A stretch of 63,882 bases of DNA, the filler included, from Licmophora abbreviata (Eukaryota): the NCBI GenBank assembly GCA_900291995.1. It is 12 parts of 12 records of this genome, joined end to end, with 100 filler letters (N's around TTAATTAATTAA, not from the genome) between each part and the next. Parts side by side here need not be neighbours in the genome. Positions count along the whole stretch, not along the records: positions 27,703 to 35,840 come from OLMU01000014.1; positions 35,941 to 47,048 come from OLMU01000015.1; 10 more parts are not named here. One strand, written 5' to 3'. Made by a program: the position numbers and the translations under genes. Positions 34,258 through 43,766 of the stretch are shown here, in pieces. The first letter of the stretch is position 1. Each line of letters begins with the position of its first letter. A model generated the notes under the pieces. That model ran no database searches, was not told the DNA's origin, and saw only the letters and a program-made list of their open reading frames with translations.

Positions 34258-36890
34258 CTACACAGAGTGCTTCTTCTTTCCACCCATGGCCGTGCGACCC
34301 ACAACCATGGCCGACCTGGCCATTCCTTGGACGCCTCCGCTCGATCCAGACGACAGCTTGTCTCGTTTCGAATAGGCCACCGCAAGTGCCACGAAAAGAA
34401 AGAGCCACACGTAGCGGAAACCATACACATCGTAGTCTTGTTTCTGGTACTTCAGGAGTCGATCCAGCTTTGGATCAGGCGACGCCCAATACGTTTTCTC
34501 CAAGAAGAGGAAGACGCCATCTTCGTTCCATGACCCGTCGCTTTCAAAGCAAGTCAGACAAGATTCGATGGAAGGAAACAGCACCTTGACCTCGTCTTCT
34601 AGCTCAAACCTATGCTCCGCCGCGGTTTTCGGCAGCGCCATATTCTTTTGGCGGGAGGCCTTCTCGCGAGCCACACGCACGCTCACATCATTATGGACTT
34701 CCCAGAGCCACAGACCCAGCTGCTTCCAGTCCTCAGGGGTGGCTTCCGAAGCGTCAGATGTGAGTCGATCGCATCGACGGAATGAACATTGATCGTACTG
34801 ACCAATGAAATGGTCTCGACACTCGGTGCAGCCAAAAAAGTGAGCCATGTACTCACGTAGCACGTCGGCAGCTTCCATTGGAGAAAAGATGCGCGTATCG
34901 ATGTCAACCACGCCAGCGTCGCGAAGATTGAGTCCTCCACCATGCTCCGCAACTCCAGTAAAAGCAACGTGCAAAAGTTTCCAGAATCCACACGTGAATC
35001 CCTTTGTTTTTCCATTATTTGAGCAGGACGAACTCCAGTTGTTGTTCCAGTACTTGTGTTTGTTCAGAACCTTATCCAAGGCGTCTGGACTCGTCGAAAT
35101 AATGTCGATATGAGAAAGGAGATCATCGATCGTCTCGTGAAGACCCCACTCCGGAGGAAGCGAAACGCTCAGCAACTCCAGCCACCCCTGCAAAGCGGCT
35201 TTTTTCTTTGGCGTGAGTGGATCTCTGGTCATGAAGACACCGTGACGCAAACCAGACGTGAACGAGAGAGTAGCGTCGAGAATGAGCATTTCTTCTGAGG
35301 TCATCTTGACAAGTCTCTTTAACACGGGCACCTTCATCGCCACCTTCCCTGCGACAGAACGATCGCGTACATCCTTCTTCAACGGCATACCCTCGCCCTT
35401 CTTGATGGGAGAGTGAACAGAAGCGCCTGCGCCCAGTCCCACCGCGCCTTTCTTCAATTTCAAACCTTGCTTCTTTCGTTCCTTCGACATCTTGGCGAAA
35501 AACGATTCCATGCGAGCATTGTACTCGGAAGTGCCCGGTAAGTTCTTCTTCATCGTCTCCGTAATTCCCGGCACTGGCGGCTTGCCGTTCGAGGCATCAC
35601 GAGCAGGGTTTCTCAATCGCATACGTCCACCCTGCTTCTTCTTATTCTCGAGTCGAGTCTTGCGGTCGAGAATGATTTGCTTCCACTTGTCCATGTCTTT
35701 CTGCGACAATTTCGCACGCGCCGCTCCAACGGGCAATTTCCCGACGGAACCTCCCAATGATGGCTGGGGCATGTCCTCGGTCGACACATTCTCGGGGTCC
35801 GAGTCACTTTCAGGTTCGTCTTCCTCGTCCGCCCCTGTATNNNNNNNNNNNNNNNNNNNNNNNNNNNNNNNNNNNNNNNNNNNNTTAATTAATTAANNNN
35901 NNNNNNNNNNNNNNNNNNNNNNNNNNNNNNNNNNNNNNNNGTTCGTCTTCCTCGTCCGCCCCTGTATCGACAACCAAGGGCGGCATAGCGATATCCAATG
36001 TTTCCACTGTGTTGGCAATCATCTTATCGTATGTCCCCTTGATGGGGTTCCCTTCTTGCTCAGCCTCCGTGGATACGGGTTGATCTTCCTCGCCACTTTC
36101 GCCGTCTTGCGTTTCCAATTCACCCGACTTTTCTTCACTCGTCTCGTCGCTAAGATCATCTTCCTCAACATCACTTTCCTCATCCTCAACATTACTTTCC
36201 TCATCCTCTCCTTCACTCTCCTCTTCTTCTTCTTCCTCCTCCTCCTCCTCCTCCACACCTTCTTCCCCCGTCAGCTTACGCGATGATTCTTCCCCGACTG
36301 CTGCCTTGTCCAACCCCAGTTCCTCCATCAACATCTTCTTTCCCAATTGCGAGTGCTTCAGGTACTTTTTATCTTTACTATTGGCGCGAAAGACATTTAC
36401 ACTGGGATAGCCTCGCACGTCGTAGTCTTGACACAGATCGCGATGGACATTGCAGGATACGGCATAAAACTCGACCTCGGGGTGTTCCTGCGTCACGTCC
36501 TTGGCCAACTGAACGAACTTTGGTGCATATGCAATACACGCACTGGTGAGAATAAGAGAAATGAAAGAGAGAGAGAGATCGTTGAGAGACACGATAGTAT
36601 GCTCTCTCCCAATGACACCGTCGAGGCCACACACACCGCAACGAATCACGCGTTCCTTCCTTCCACACTCACCCACACGTCGGACTGTAAAATTCCACAA
36701 CACGCGGCGCCGTGGACTTCCAAAAGTCTACTCCCGTTTGGTACTCCACCACGGGTCCCGTGCGGGAGGCATACAAAAAATCTCGTGTATCCGTGTTGGA
36801 TTCCAATGGCGACGCCAAGACCAAAAGACACGCGGCCAGCAGAGTGACGAGGCTTCTTCTCCACAAGGAACGAAGCATCGTGAAAGTCAT
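34258..36890 (-). CDS. QSOX: QSOX-like sulfhydryl oxidase, paralogue 5, with long acidic and basic linkers (intron 36672-36543; spans false gap 35841-35940)
   Basis: Signal peptide; spliced VEFYSPTCGAC; GFTCGFWKLLH; FFGCTEC; LWLWEVHNDVSVR; CLTC; TM. A 27-nt overlap across the gap gives continuous DTGADEEDEPESDSDPENVSTED. Confidence 0.88.
35841..35940. other. Artificial scaffold spacer between overlapping contigs
   Basis: 35814-35840 is identical to 35941-35967. Confidence 0.97.
36160..36262 (-). repeat. Coding low-complexity GAG/GAA tract (poly-Glu) and a short tandem ES[ND]VE[DE] repeat in QSOX5
   Basis: EEEEEEEEEEESEGEDEESNVEDEESDVEEDD. Confidence 0.8.
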
Positions 36891-37425
36891 CTCCTACCAC
36901 AAGTGAAAGACAGTCCAAGGGAGACTGCAGCAGCACATGGCGGCAGGCGAGGAAGGAACGACGACGACGACGAGCGAGATCCGGTGAAGATGCCGACTGG
37001 CGTCGTCAATGACTTTGACATGACGTAACTTTCGTAGATTTGCACGGCGTCTTACCGTTTAAATGTATAGGCAGACTTCCATAACTAATTAAAGGCTAAT
37101 GACTCTACGAGTTAGTGTGGCTATGTAGTTTGCGTAAGTGAATGACCGAGCGAGAGATTGAAACGTGTCTGTGCTGGAGGAGTCGCGTGGGCGGGAGATG
37201 GCGCCGCCGATTGACGATGACCGCCTCTCATCTCGACTCACTCACTCTCGGCGAATTCAATTCATCCTTGCACACGACTTGAGCCATCCCCAGTATATAT
37301 GACGCCGGCATAATATCGGCAGGTCATGAACGTTTTGATTCTTCCCGAGACGATTCAAAGTGACTCAACGCACAGACTAGCTAGTAGCCGTGAATGATCC
37401 CCCAAGAGGAAATCGAATCCTCCTT

Positions 37426-39186
37426 ATGCAGAAGAATTCAAGTCATGCGGCGTCCACAGCCGCAGGAGCATCCATGATGCTTCTCCAATCCACACTTCAC
37501 GACTTGCAGGTTCGAAGTTCGGTAGAGGAGGTTCTGTCGGATATGCTGGTCGATATCGAGTTGTCCGCTGCGCTGCATCGTGATCTTGAGACTGTTTCGG
37601 AACGGCATGCACTCCAACGTCACCTGCATGACACAAAACTCGCCCTGGAGGAACGTCGGGCGGTGGAGGGTCAGCGACACGTGCAAACATCGCTCTTGGC
37701 AGATGCACTCATAGAGGAACTTTGGAATTTGTCTCGTGACTTGGGGGAATTCAATCAAATGAAAGAGCGTCAGCAACATCTCAGTGTGGAACATGATGAG
37801 ACGCTGGCGAAACTTATACAAGCAGAAGAACGGATTCGATTGATGGAGGAGGCGGGCGTGGCGGCTGTTGTGCGAGAAGAGGAAGAAGGCGATGTAGCGA
37901 AGAGTGAGACAGTGATGAAGTCAGTGATGGAGGATCCATCATCGGTGTTGAGCCAAGAGACGCACGATGCCTCTTCGGACAAGGTAGAGGTGCCAGCCGA
38001 CAATGTTGCTCCGACTGAGACGACAACTACTAGTATCGATGCACCCGCTGTCCCCGAAGAACCAGTGACGATGGACCCAGATGAAAGCGACGCCGTTGTT
38101 GCTTTGATACAGGAAGAACCTGCACCGACATTAGACACAATCGACATGACGGCATTGACTCACATTTTTGGCTTCTTGGACGCACTCGAGATTCTGAGTG
38201 CCGCTCAAGTGAATATTTCCATGTTCTCGCGAGTGGACGCACTGTTTGGATTCAGTGAAGGCATGGAGGGGCCTGAGGAGGAGCAAGAAGCGGTGATATC
38301 GGAGTCAGCTGCGGCAGCAAAGTCGCAACCGACGCAGACGGTCACCCCTTCCACTGCCTTCTCGGCGGGCACAGAAACAAAACCTCCCGCTATAACCCAG
38401 TCGACGGCGGGGTCAAGCATTGCGCCTGCGGCATCGACGACAGCAGAGTCTCCCGCGACAGGGAAGGCTTCACAACGACCAAACGGTGGCATCTTCTCGT
38501 TGCTACAAGCACGCGGCGCCCGCGCACCGAGAAGCAAGCCGACATCGACTCCCAGCACTACCTCGCAGCCACTGAGCGCGGCCATGGCAGATTCCATGGC
38601 TTCCAAACTCACTGACAAGGAATTGGGAGCAATCATTTCGATGAAGGAGAATCTTCACAAGCGAGAAAAGGACGTTGCTCAGCTCACAAAGGAAAAAGAG
38701 GAACTCGAGGGACGGCTGGATGGCACGGCGGCGCTCAAGGAGTTTCTGGTGAACAAAGTGCAGGAAGTCGAAACGTCGCTGCGAAAAAGACAAGAGGACG
38801 ATAGCAAGTTGACTCAGCAGATTGCCAGTGATCAAGAAGTCATTGCCTTTCTGGACGGCCGTGTGCAAGAGCTGGAGCGAGATATTCGGACGCTTACGGA
38901 AGAACGCAAGTCGGTCGTGGAAGAGCTGGCGCGTGTCAAGGCGCAAAATACAAAGAAAATTACGGTTCTCAGCGACATGTTGCAGTTTGAGCGCGAACGA
39001 CTGACGGAGAATGAACGAGAATGGAAGGCGACCAAAAAGCTGTTGGTTAAGGAGATCAAGAGCTGTCGCGCGCAGCTCTTGTCGTTGCAAGCCGAACGAG
39101 ATGGCTTTCGCGAACAAAATGAAAAGCTCAAGCGAGCCATTGTCTCATCGAGCGCTAGCAATGGATCTATGCGAGACTATCAATAG
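37426..39186 (+). CDS. Coiled-coil protein with a central F-box-like motif
   Basis: LDTIDMTALTHIFGFLDALEILSAAQVNISMF between long heptad regions; first ATG at 37426. Confidence 0.7.
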   Translation: MQKNSSHAASTAAGASMMLLQSTLHDLQVRSSVEEVLSDMLVDIELSAALHRDLETVSERHALQRHLHDTKLALEERRAVEGQRHVQTSLLADALIEELWNLSRDLGEFNQMKERQQHLSVEHDETLAKLIQAEERIRLMEEAGVAAVVREEEEGDVAKSETVMKSVMEDPSSVLSQETHDASSDKVEVPADNVAPTETTTTSIDAPAVPEEPVTMDPDESDAVVALIQEEPAPTLDTIDMTALTHIFGFLDALEILSAAQVNISMFSRVDALFGFSEGMEGPEEEQEAVISESAAAAKSQPTQTVTPSTAFSAGTETKPPAITQSTAGSSIAPAASTTAESPATGKASQRPNGGIFSLLQARGARAPRSKPTSTPSTTSQPLSAAMADSMASKLTDKELGAIISMKENLHKREKDVAQLTKEKEELEGRLDGTAALKEFLVNKVQEVETSLRKRQEDDSKLTQQIASDQEVIAFLDGRVQELERDIRTLTEERKSVVEELARVKAQNTKKITVLSDMLQFERERLTENEREWKATKKLLVKEIKSCRAQLLSLQAERDGFREQNEKLKRAIVSSSASNGSMRDYQ

Positions 39187-39224
39187 CAAAGTTTCTACAC
39201 TGAATGTAACTTCGAATCGCGGTT

Positions 39225-40829
39225 TTAGATGCACAATTCTGCCAGCTTGGCCTTGTCGTCGGTGCCAAGGCTCTCCAAATCACGTGAATTTATCATTTCC
39301 GAAAGATGCTTGATCTGTGTCACAATCAACTGAAAGACTTTGTCCGCCGATTTCCAGCTACGGGCGTGTAGTAGCTGTAGGAGCATCACCAGTAGTTTCA
39401 TGTCCCATGCAGGTACCCGTAAGGGCAAGTCGAGTCCCAAAAGCTCCAATAGCCCACCTAAGTTTTCTTTATCAAGAAGACATCCCCAGAGGAGAGTTTC
39501 CAAAGCTTCCTCTGCCACATCGATGACATCAACTGTAGCTTCCACAGAAACCATGTTGAGAAAGAGCGTCGCAAGATCGCAAACGGCCTCAACCGATGGC
39601 GCCTGACGAGCTAGGGTCGCTTCCATGGCTTCGCTATGGTTTTCCTCTCCCAGAATCATCTCGGTAAGATCCGGCGGTATCGGCGGCGACTCAAGACGTA
39701 GCTGCCACCAAGGAAAGAGCGCTACTCTGGTCCCCACCAGGACGCTTCGTACCATGCATAGGTTCTGCGTTCGCACGACCAGCTGCAGTTTGGTTGTTGC
39801 TATTCCTGTTTGAGGTGTATTCTTCAACTCCCAAACAACACTCGGCATCCACTCATGGACCACCTCCAAAATATCATGCGGCGACAAGCGTTTCAAGAAC
39901 TTGTGAAACCACCGTGCATGTTTGTCGCACAAGGCCAGACACTCGCACAACCTGATTTGAGAAGTACTAGCAGTCGTACTATTCCTCGTCGTCAAGGTAT
40001 CGGAAACTCCCATCAGCCTAGTCACAGTAGAGATCATTTTCTTGCCTTGACGTATAGTAAATTGCGACGAAGTCCACATATCATACCACACATTGACCAT
40101 GTTCCACAAGAATTCGTCGTTGCTAGTAGGAATGGCAGCATCATCGTTGACACACCGATGCGTACAAAGGTGCTGCATGCCGCGCAGTACGCCACGACAT
40201 AGATCGTAGCGAAGCCACATAGTGTTGCGATCGCATTGCTCAAACCATGTTGTATGCAATCGCAGATAGGATTGTGCAAGATCGGATGAGCCATGATGCA
40301 TCGTCTTGCTCCATCCCTCCCATAGAATAGACTGTACCGAATCCCAATCTTGAGTAACGTCGTCCACGTAGGAAATTTGCTTCAGTAACTCCAGCGTATC
40401 CTCGGGCGTCATGTCCTCTTTTCGTGCTGACACATCCTCCCAGTCTACGACAGGAGGAAGTTTGTAGGACTCGGAAGACAGTAGACTGCCCAAGAGTGAG
40501 AAGGACGTCATAGTGGCCGCCGCGCCGATACTGTCCTTGGTGTCATCGCGTCCTTGTTGCGAGACTTTTTCTTCTACTGATGATATCGTCATCCGTGCAC
40601 GATACTGGTCCGTTGCATTCTGAAGGATACGATCGGCTGTAGACTCTACTTGATCAGGAGAAGTCACCATACGCCGAGCCAGCCCGTCCACCAATTCCTG
40701 GGTCCATCGTCGAACCGCGTCCGGATCCAAGTCGACGACGTCCGATGACGATGCAGTGTTGACGTGATGTTGGAGCGCCATGGTTTCTGCTAGCTGTCGA
40801 GCTAGATCAGCCTCCTCGTCGAGACTCAT
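39225..40829 (-). CDS. Hypothetical alpha-helical protein (534 aa)
   Basis: Long uninterrupted ORF convergent with the previous gene; no family confidently recognised. Confidence 0.75.
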   Translation of the reverse strand: MSLDEEADLARQLAETMALQHHVNTASSSDVVDLDPDAVRRWTQELVDGLARRMVTSPDQVESTADRILQNATDQYRARMTISSVEEKVSQQGRDDTKDSIGAAATMTSFSLLGSLLSSESYKLPPVVDWEDVSARKEDMTPEDTLELLKQISYVDDVTQDWDSVQSILWEGWSKTMHHGSSDLAQSYLRLHTTWFEQCDRNTMWLRYDLCRGVLRGMQHLCTHRCVNDDAAIPTSNDEFLWNMVNVWYDMWTSSQFTIRQGKKMISTVTRLMGVSDTLTTRNSTTASTSQIRLCECLALCDKHARWFHKFLKRLSPHDILEVVHEWMPSVVWELKNTPQTGIATTKLQLVVRTQNLCMVRSVLVGTRVALFPWWQLRLESPPIPPDLTEMILGEENHSEAMEATLARQAPSVEAVCDLATLFLNMVSVEATVDVIDVAEEALETLLWGCLLDKENLGGLLELLGLDLPLRVPAWDMKLLVMLLQLLHARSWKSADKVFQLIVTQIKHLSEMINSRDLESLGTDDKAKLAELCI

Positions 40830-41253
40830 CTTGATCCAAGATATTTCACACTGTGAGAGGCACAGGATTCAAAGCATTGAGACCTCATCAGCTTCACATC
40901 CGACTCTCTCTCTATATATATATTTGTCACGGATGCGACGGCGCAGATGACAGATGATGTGTGAGACAACGCGACGATTGCTCTCACAAAACTGTGTCGC
41001 GTCGTGTGGGGAGGTTTTAGTGATCACATAAGTTCGAACCAATCTCTATTGATCAACGACACAGCAATACGATATTTGCGGAAGATTCGCACCACGAGCT
41101 CTCAAGATTCGTCGCCAAACTTCATCTCCGCGCACCTCTCCCTCGTTCATCACACTCATCGATCGATATCTCTCGACCTGAAATCCTTGCGACACAATCC
41201 TGCTCTGTGTGTAGATGCACTGCATCTAGCTATCACACTAGATTATACCGCTC

Positions 41254-42372
41254 ATGTCCCGGGCGCACTCTACTCGCTTTCGCGACGCTCAGAAGAATCG
41301 CACGCTGTGTCATCCTCTGTTGCCCCAGCCCGATCATGGCCTGATGATCCTCTGTAAAGAAGAAGCAAGTAGCGCAACGCACGATGCCACTACTACTGTG
41401 ACGAATGCTTCCTCGCACTCGGAACTCCTTCGCCATTCCCCCCAACACTCCTTTGTGGTGTGTGCTGACTCGCAGCTGGGCATGACGAACGCCAACAAGG
41501 AGTGGGACACCGAATTGGCTTACTGCCGAGACGCCGTCGCACTCATCAACACGCTCCGTCCGCGGCCGTCGTTTTGTTGTATTTGCGGTGACCTGGCCGA
41601 CATGGAAAGTTCCTTCTATCTCAAGGATGGATATACCAAGCAAGAGTGCGATGAGATGCAAGATCAGCAGAATGAGGACTTTCAACGTGTATTTTCGAAA
41701 CTACATCCATCGATTGCGATTGTGTGTCTGTGTGGCAATCATGATGTCGGGAATAGACCGACGCACGCCAGTATAGAACGCTACAAAGCTGCCTTTGGAG
41801 ACGACTATTTGGCCTTTTGGGTCAACGGGACCTACAATATTGTCTTGAATTCGTGCTTGTTTAGTGATCCGACTGCGGCACAACTTCTGTACGAGGCGCA
41901 GCTGGTGTGGTTGGAGGAACGATTACAGTATGCAGGACGTCACTCTGCTGCCAACGTCTTTGTGTATGGACATCACCCATGGTTTCTATATCACGAAGAG
42001 GAACAGGATGAGGAGCTTGATGGACTTTCACCGTATCCAGTGGAATGGGGACGAACGGAGGGAGGCTTTCCAGATGCATATTTCCATATTCCCTACAGAT
42101 ATCGAACACGTGTGATGAAGTTGTTTCGTGAGTACGGTGTGAGTGCCGTCTTTTCAGGACATTTTCATCAAAACCTAGTGTCAAAATCATCGTGGGGTAT
42201 GGAGATGATCATCACAGCGCCCCTCTCCATGGTCTTTGAGAGTACCGGCAAACCGAAAGAATATGATGAGCCGAACGGACGGGGTGTGCGGGTAGTTACA
42301 GTCGATGTGCCCAAGGAAGGTCACGGGAACTTTCGACACCACTTTCGGCTGTTAGAGAAAGATAAGAAGTAA
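41254..42372 (+). CDS. CPPED1: Calcineurin-like metallophosphoesterase, CPPED1-like
   Basis: ADSQLG, CGDLAD, CGNHDVG, FGDDY..FW, GHHPWF, FSGHFHQN. Confidence 0.88.
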   Translation: MSRAHSTRFRDAQKNRTLCHPLLPQPDHGLMILCKEEASSATHDATTTVTNASSHSELLRHSPQHSFVVCADSQLGMTNANKEWDTELAYCRDAVALINTLRPRPSFCCICGDLADMESSFYLKDGYTKQECDEMQDQQNEDFQRVFSKLHPSIAIVCLCGNHDVGNRPTHASIERYKAAFGDDYLAFWVNGTYNIVLNSCLFSDPTAAQLLYEAQLVWLEERLQYAGRHSAANVFVYGHHPWFLYHEEEQDEELDGLSPYPVEWGRTEGGFPDAYFHIPYRYRTRVMKLFREYGVSAVFSGHFHQNLVSKSSWGMEMIITAPLSMVFESTGKPKEYDEPNGRGVRVVTVDVPKEGHGNFRHHFRLLEKDKK

Positions 42373-42691
42373 GAATGATAATGTATCATATGATTCCTTG
42401 GTATTAGGTACCGGTAGCAGTTAGGCTGAAGCAGGATGGAAGAGTTTGCAATCCCGGCTTCTGAATGGAATTCGTGACACAAGTTTGGAATGCGTGACTC
42501 ACTCGCGACTCGAGAGACACGCGACGAGAAATAGAAAACGAAATCGGCGACCGCAGCCTGCTGTTGAATGTCACCATCACATAGACTGCTCAGGCCGTCT
42601 TCGCCTACTTTCCCTTTGGCAAACTCACTGTGAAACCAAACCGTAGTCGTTTGATAGAGGCTTCACTTGCTGATCTTACGAGAAATTCATT

Positions 42692-43612
42692 ATGGGCGCC
42701 TCTTGTACGAAGCCGAACGGCGTCTTTGTTCGCGGATCTCAGGACAAGTCGCTGCTCTTGGTGTTGCTCAATGACGATTCGATGACTTTGATTCTATCAT
42801 TTTGCGCAACAGCACCAGTACACGACACCGTCCATCAATCCATGCGTTTTGATCGATCCCGCATTCCTCGCATCAGCAGTTCCATTACGCTTCGAGAAAT
42901 GACCTATGTTTATCAAACTGGAAGCTCCACCCTGTTACACGAACTGCCGCTTGTCTGCCATCGTTTCAGGGAGATGTGTTTTTCTTCCGATTTCCTATGG
43001 ATAGATGCCTTGGCAAAATCGCTACTGCTGGAAAAATGGAATCTACAGGCCCTATTAGAGGAGTGGGATTGCTCCGACTTAGCGCATGGTGAAAGTTGTG
43101 AGGAAACACAGGTCGAAGACCTCAAGGAAAACCTGCAGGATCTCTGTCGCGAACTAGCGGCACCTAGCCAAGCGGAGAGGCGATCGAATCCTAGCATGAG
43201 CATGGCGCGATTCATCTACAAGGAGCTCTGGCTCCGCCACATCCTTACGCTCCCGGCCTTCTTTCTCCAACGACAGTATTTAGTGCCACTGGGGGAACAG
43301 ACCAATCTGCACTTGTTTGAGCCAAGATACACCCTCATGATTAGCGAGCTGATGGCAGGACGTCCAGCGAATGAACTGGATGGAACAGACGACCTGACGC
43401 AACCCTACCCGAAATTCTTGTATGTGCCAGCACCGATGAACGGCCCTACACACAAAATGGCGTACGTGACACTCATCAAGCGCTGTCGCATCAATCGTGA
43501 AGGGACAGCTGACGTACAGATTGTACCGATTCAAGTCAGAAAGATTGTGTCGATCGTGGTCAGGCCTGACACTGGGGGCTTGTACGATATCACAGTGGCA
43601 AGACCCAAATAG
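42692..43612 (+). CDS. F-box-like + Lon protease N-terminal (PUA-like substrate-binding) domain protein
   Basis: LLNDD....ILSF...LPLVCHRFREMC..DFLW; LPAF...PLGEQ..LHLFEPRY.LMI; N-terminal MGASC lipidation-like motif. Confidence 0.7.
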   Translation: MGASCTKPNGVFVRGSQDKSLLLVLLNDDSMTLILSFCATAPVHDTVHQSMRFDRSRIPRISSSITLREMTYVYQTGSSTLLHELPLVCHRFREMCFSSDFLWIDALAKSLLLEKWNLQALLEEWDCSDLAHGESCEETQVEDLKENLQDLCRELAAPSQAERRSNPSMSMARFIYKELWLRHILTLPAFFLQRQYLVPLGEQTNLHLFEPRYTLMISELMAGRPANELDGTDDLTQPYPKFLYVPAPMNGPTHKMAYVTLIKRCRINREGTADVQIVPIQVRKIVSIVVRPDTGGLYDITVARPK

Positions 43613-43766
43613 GAGATTCACCTCATGCACATTTATCTACAGATGTAGTGGACGAAGTTATACTTAGATGCAGACAGTTTTATTGATTGCTAGTGGGCCA
43701 AAACGATGTAGCTTGTCGCTCAAAGCTCAGCAACACTGTTTCACGGACCGTTCTTCAGCAATCAAA

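Noticed and set aside
39225..40829. Faint resemblance to the BROMI/TBC1D32 middle domain
   Set aside because: Recollection only, with too few conserved residues; an HMM search is needed.
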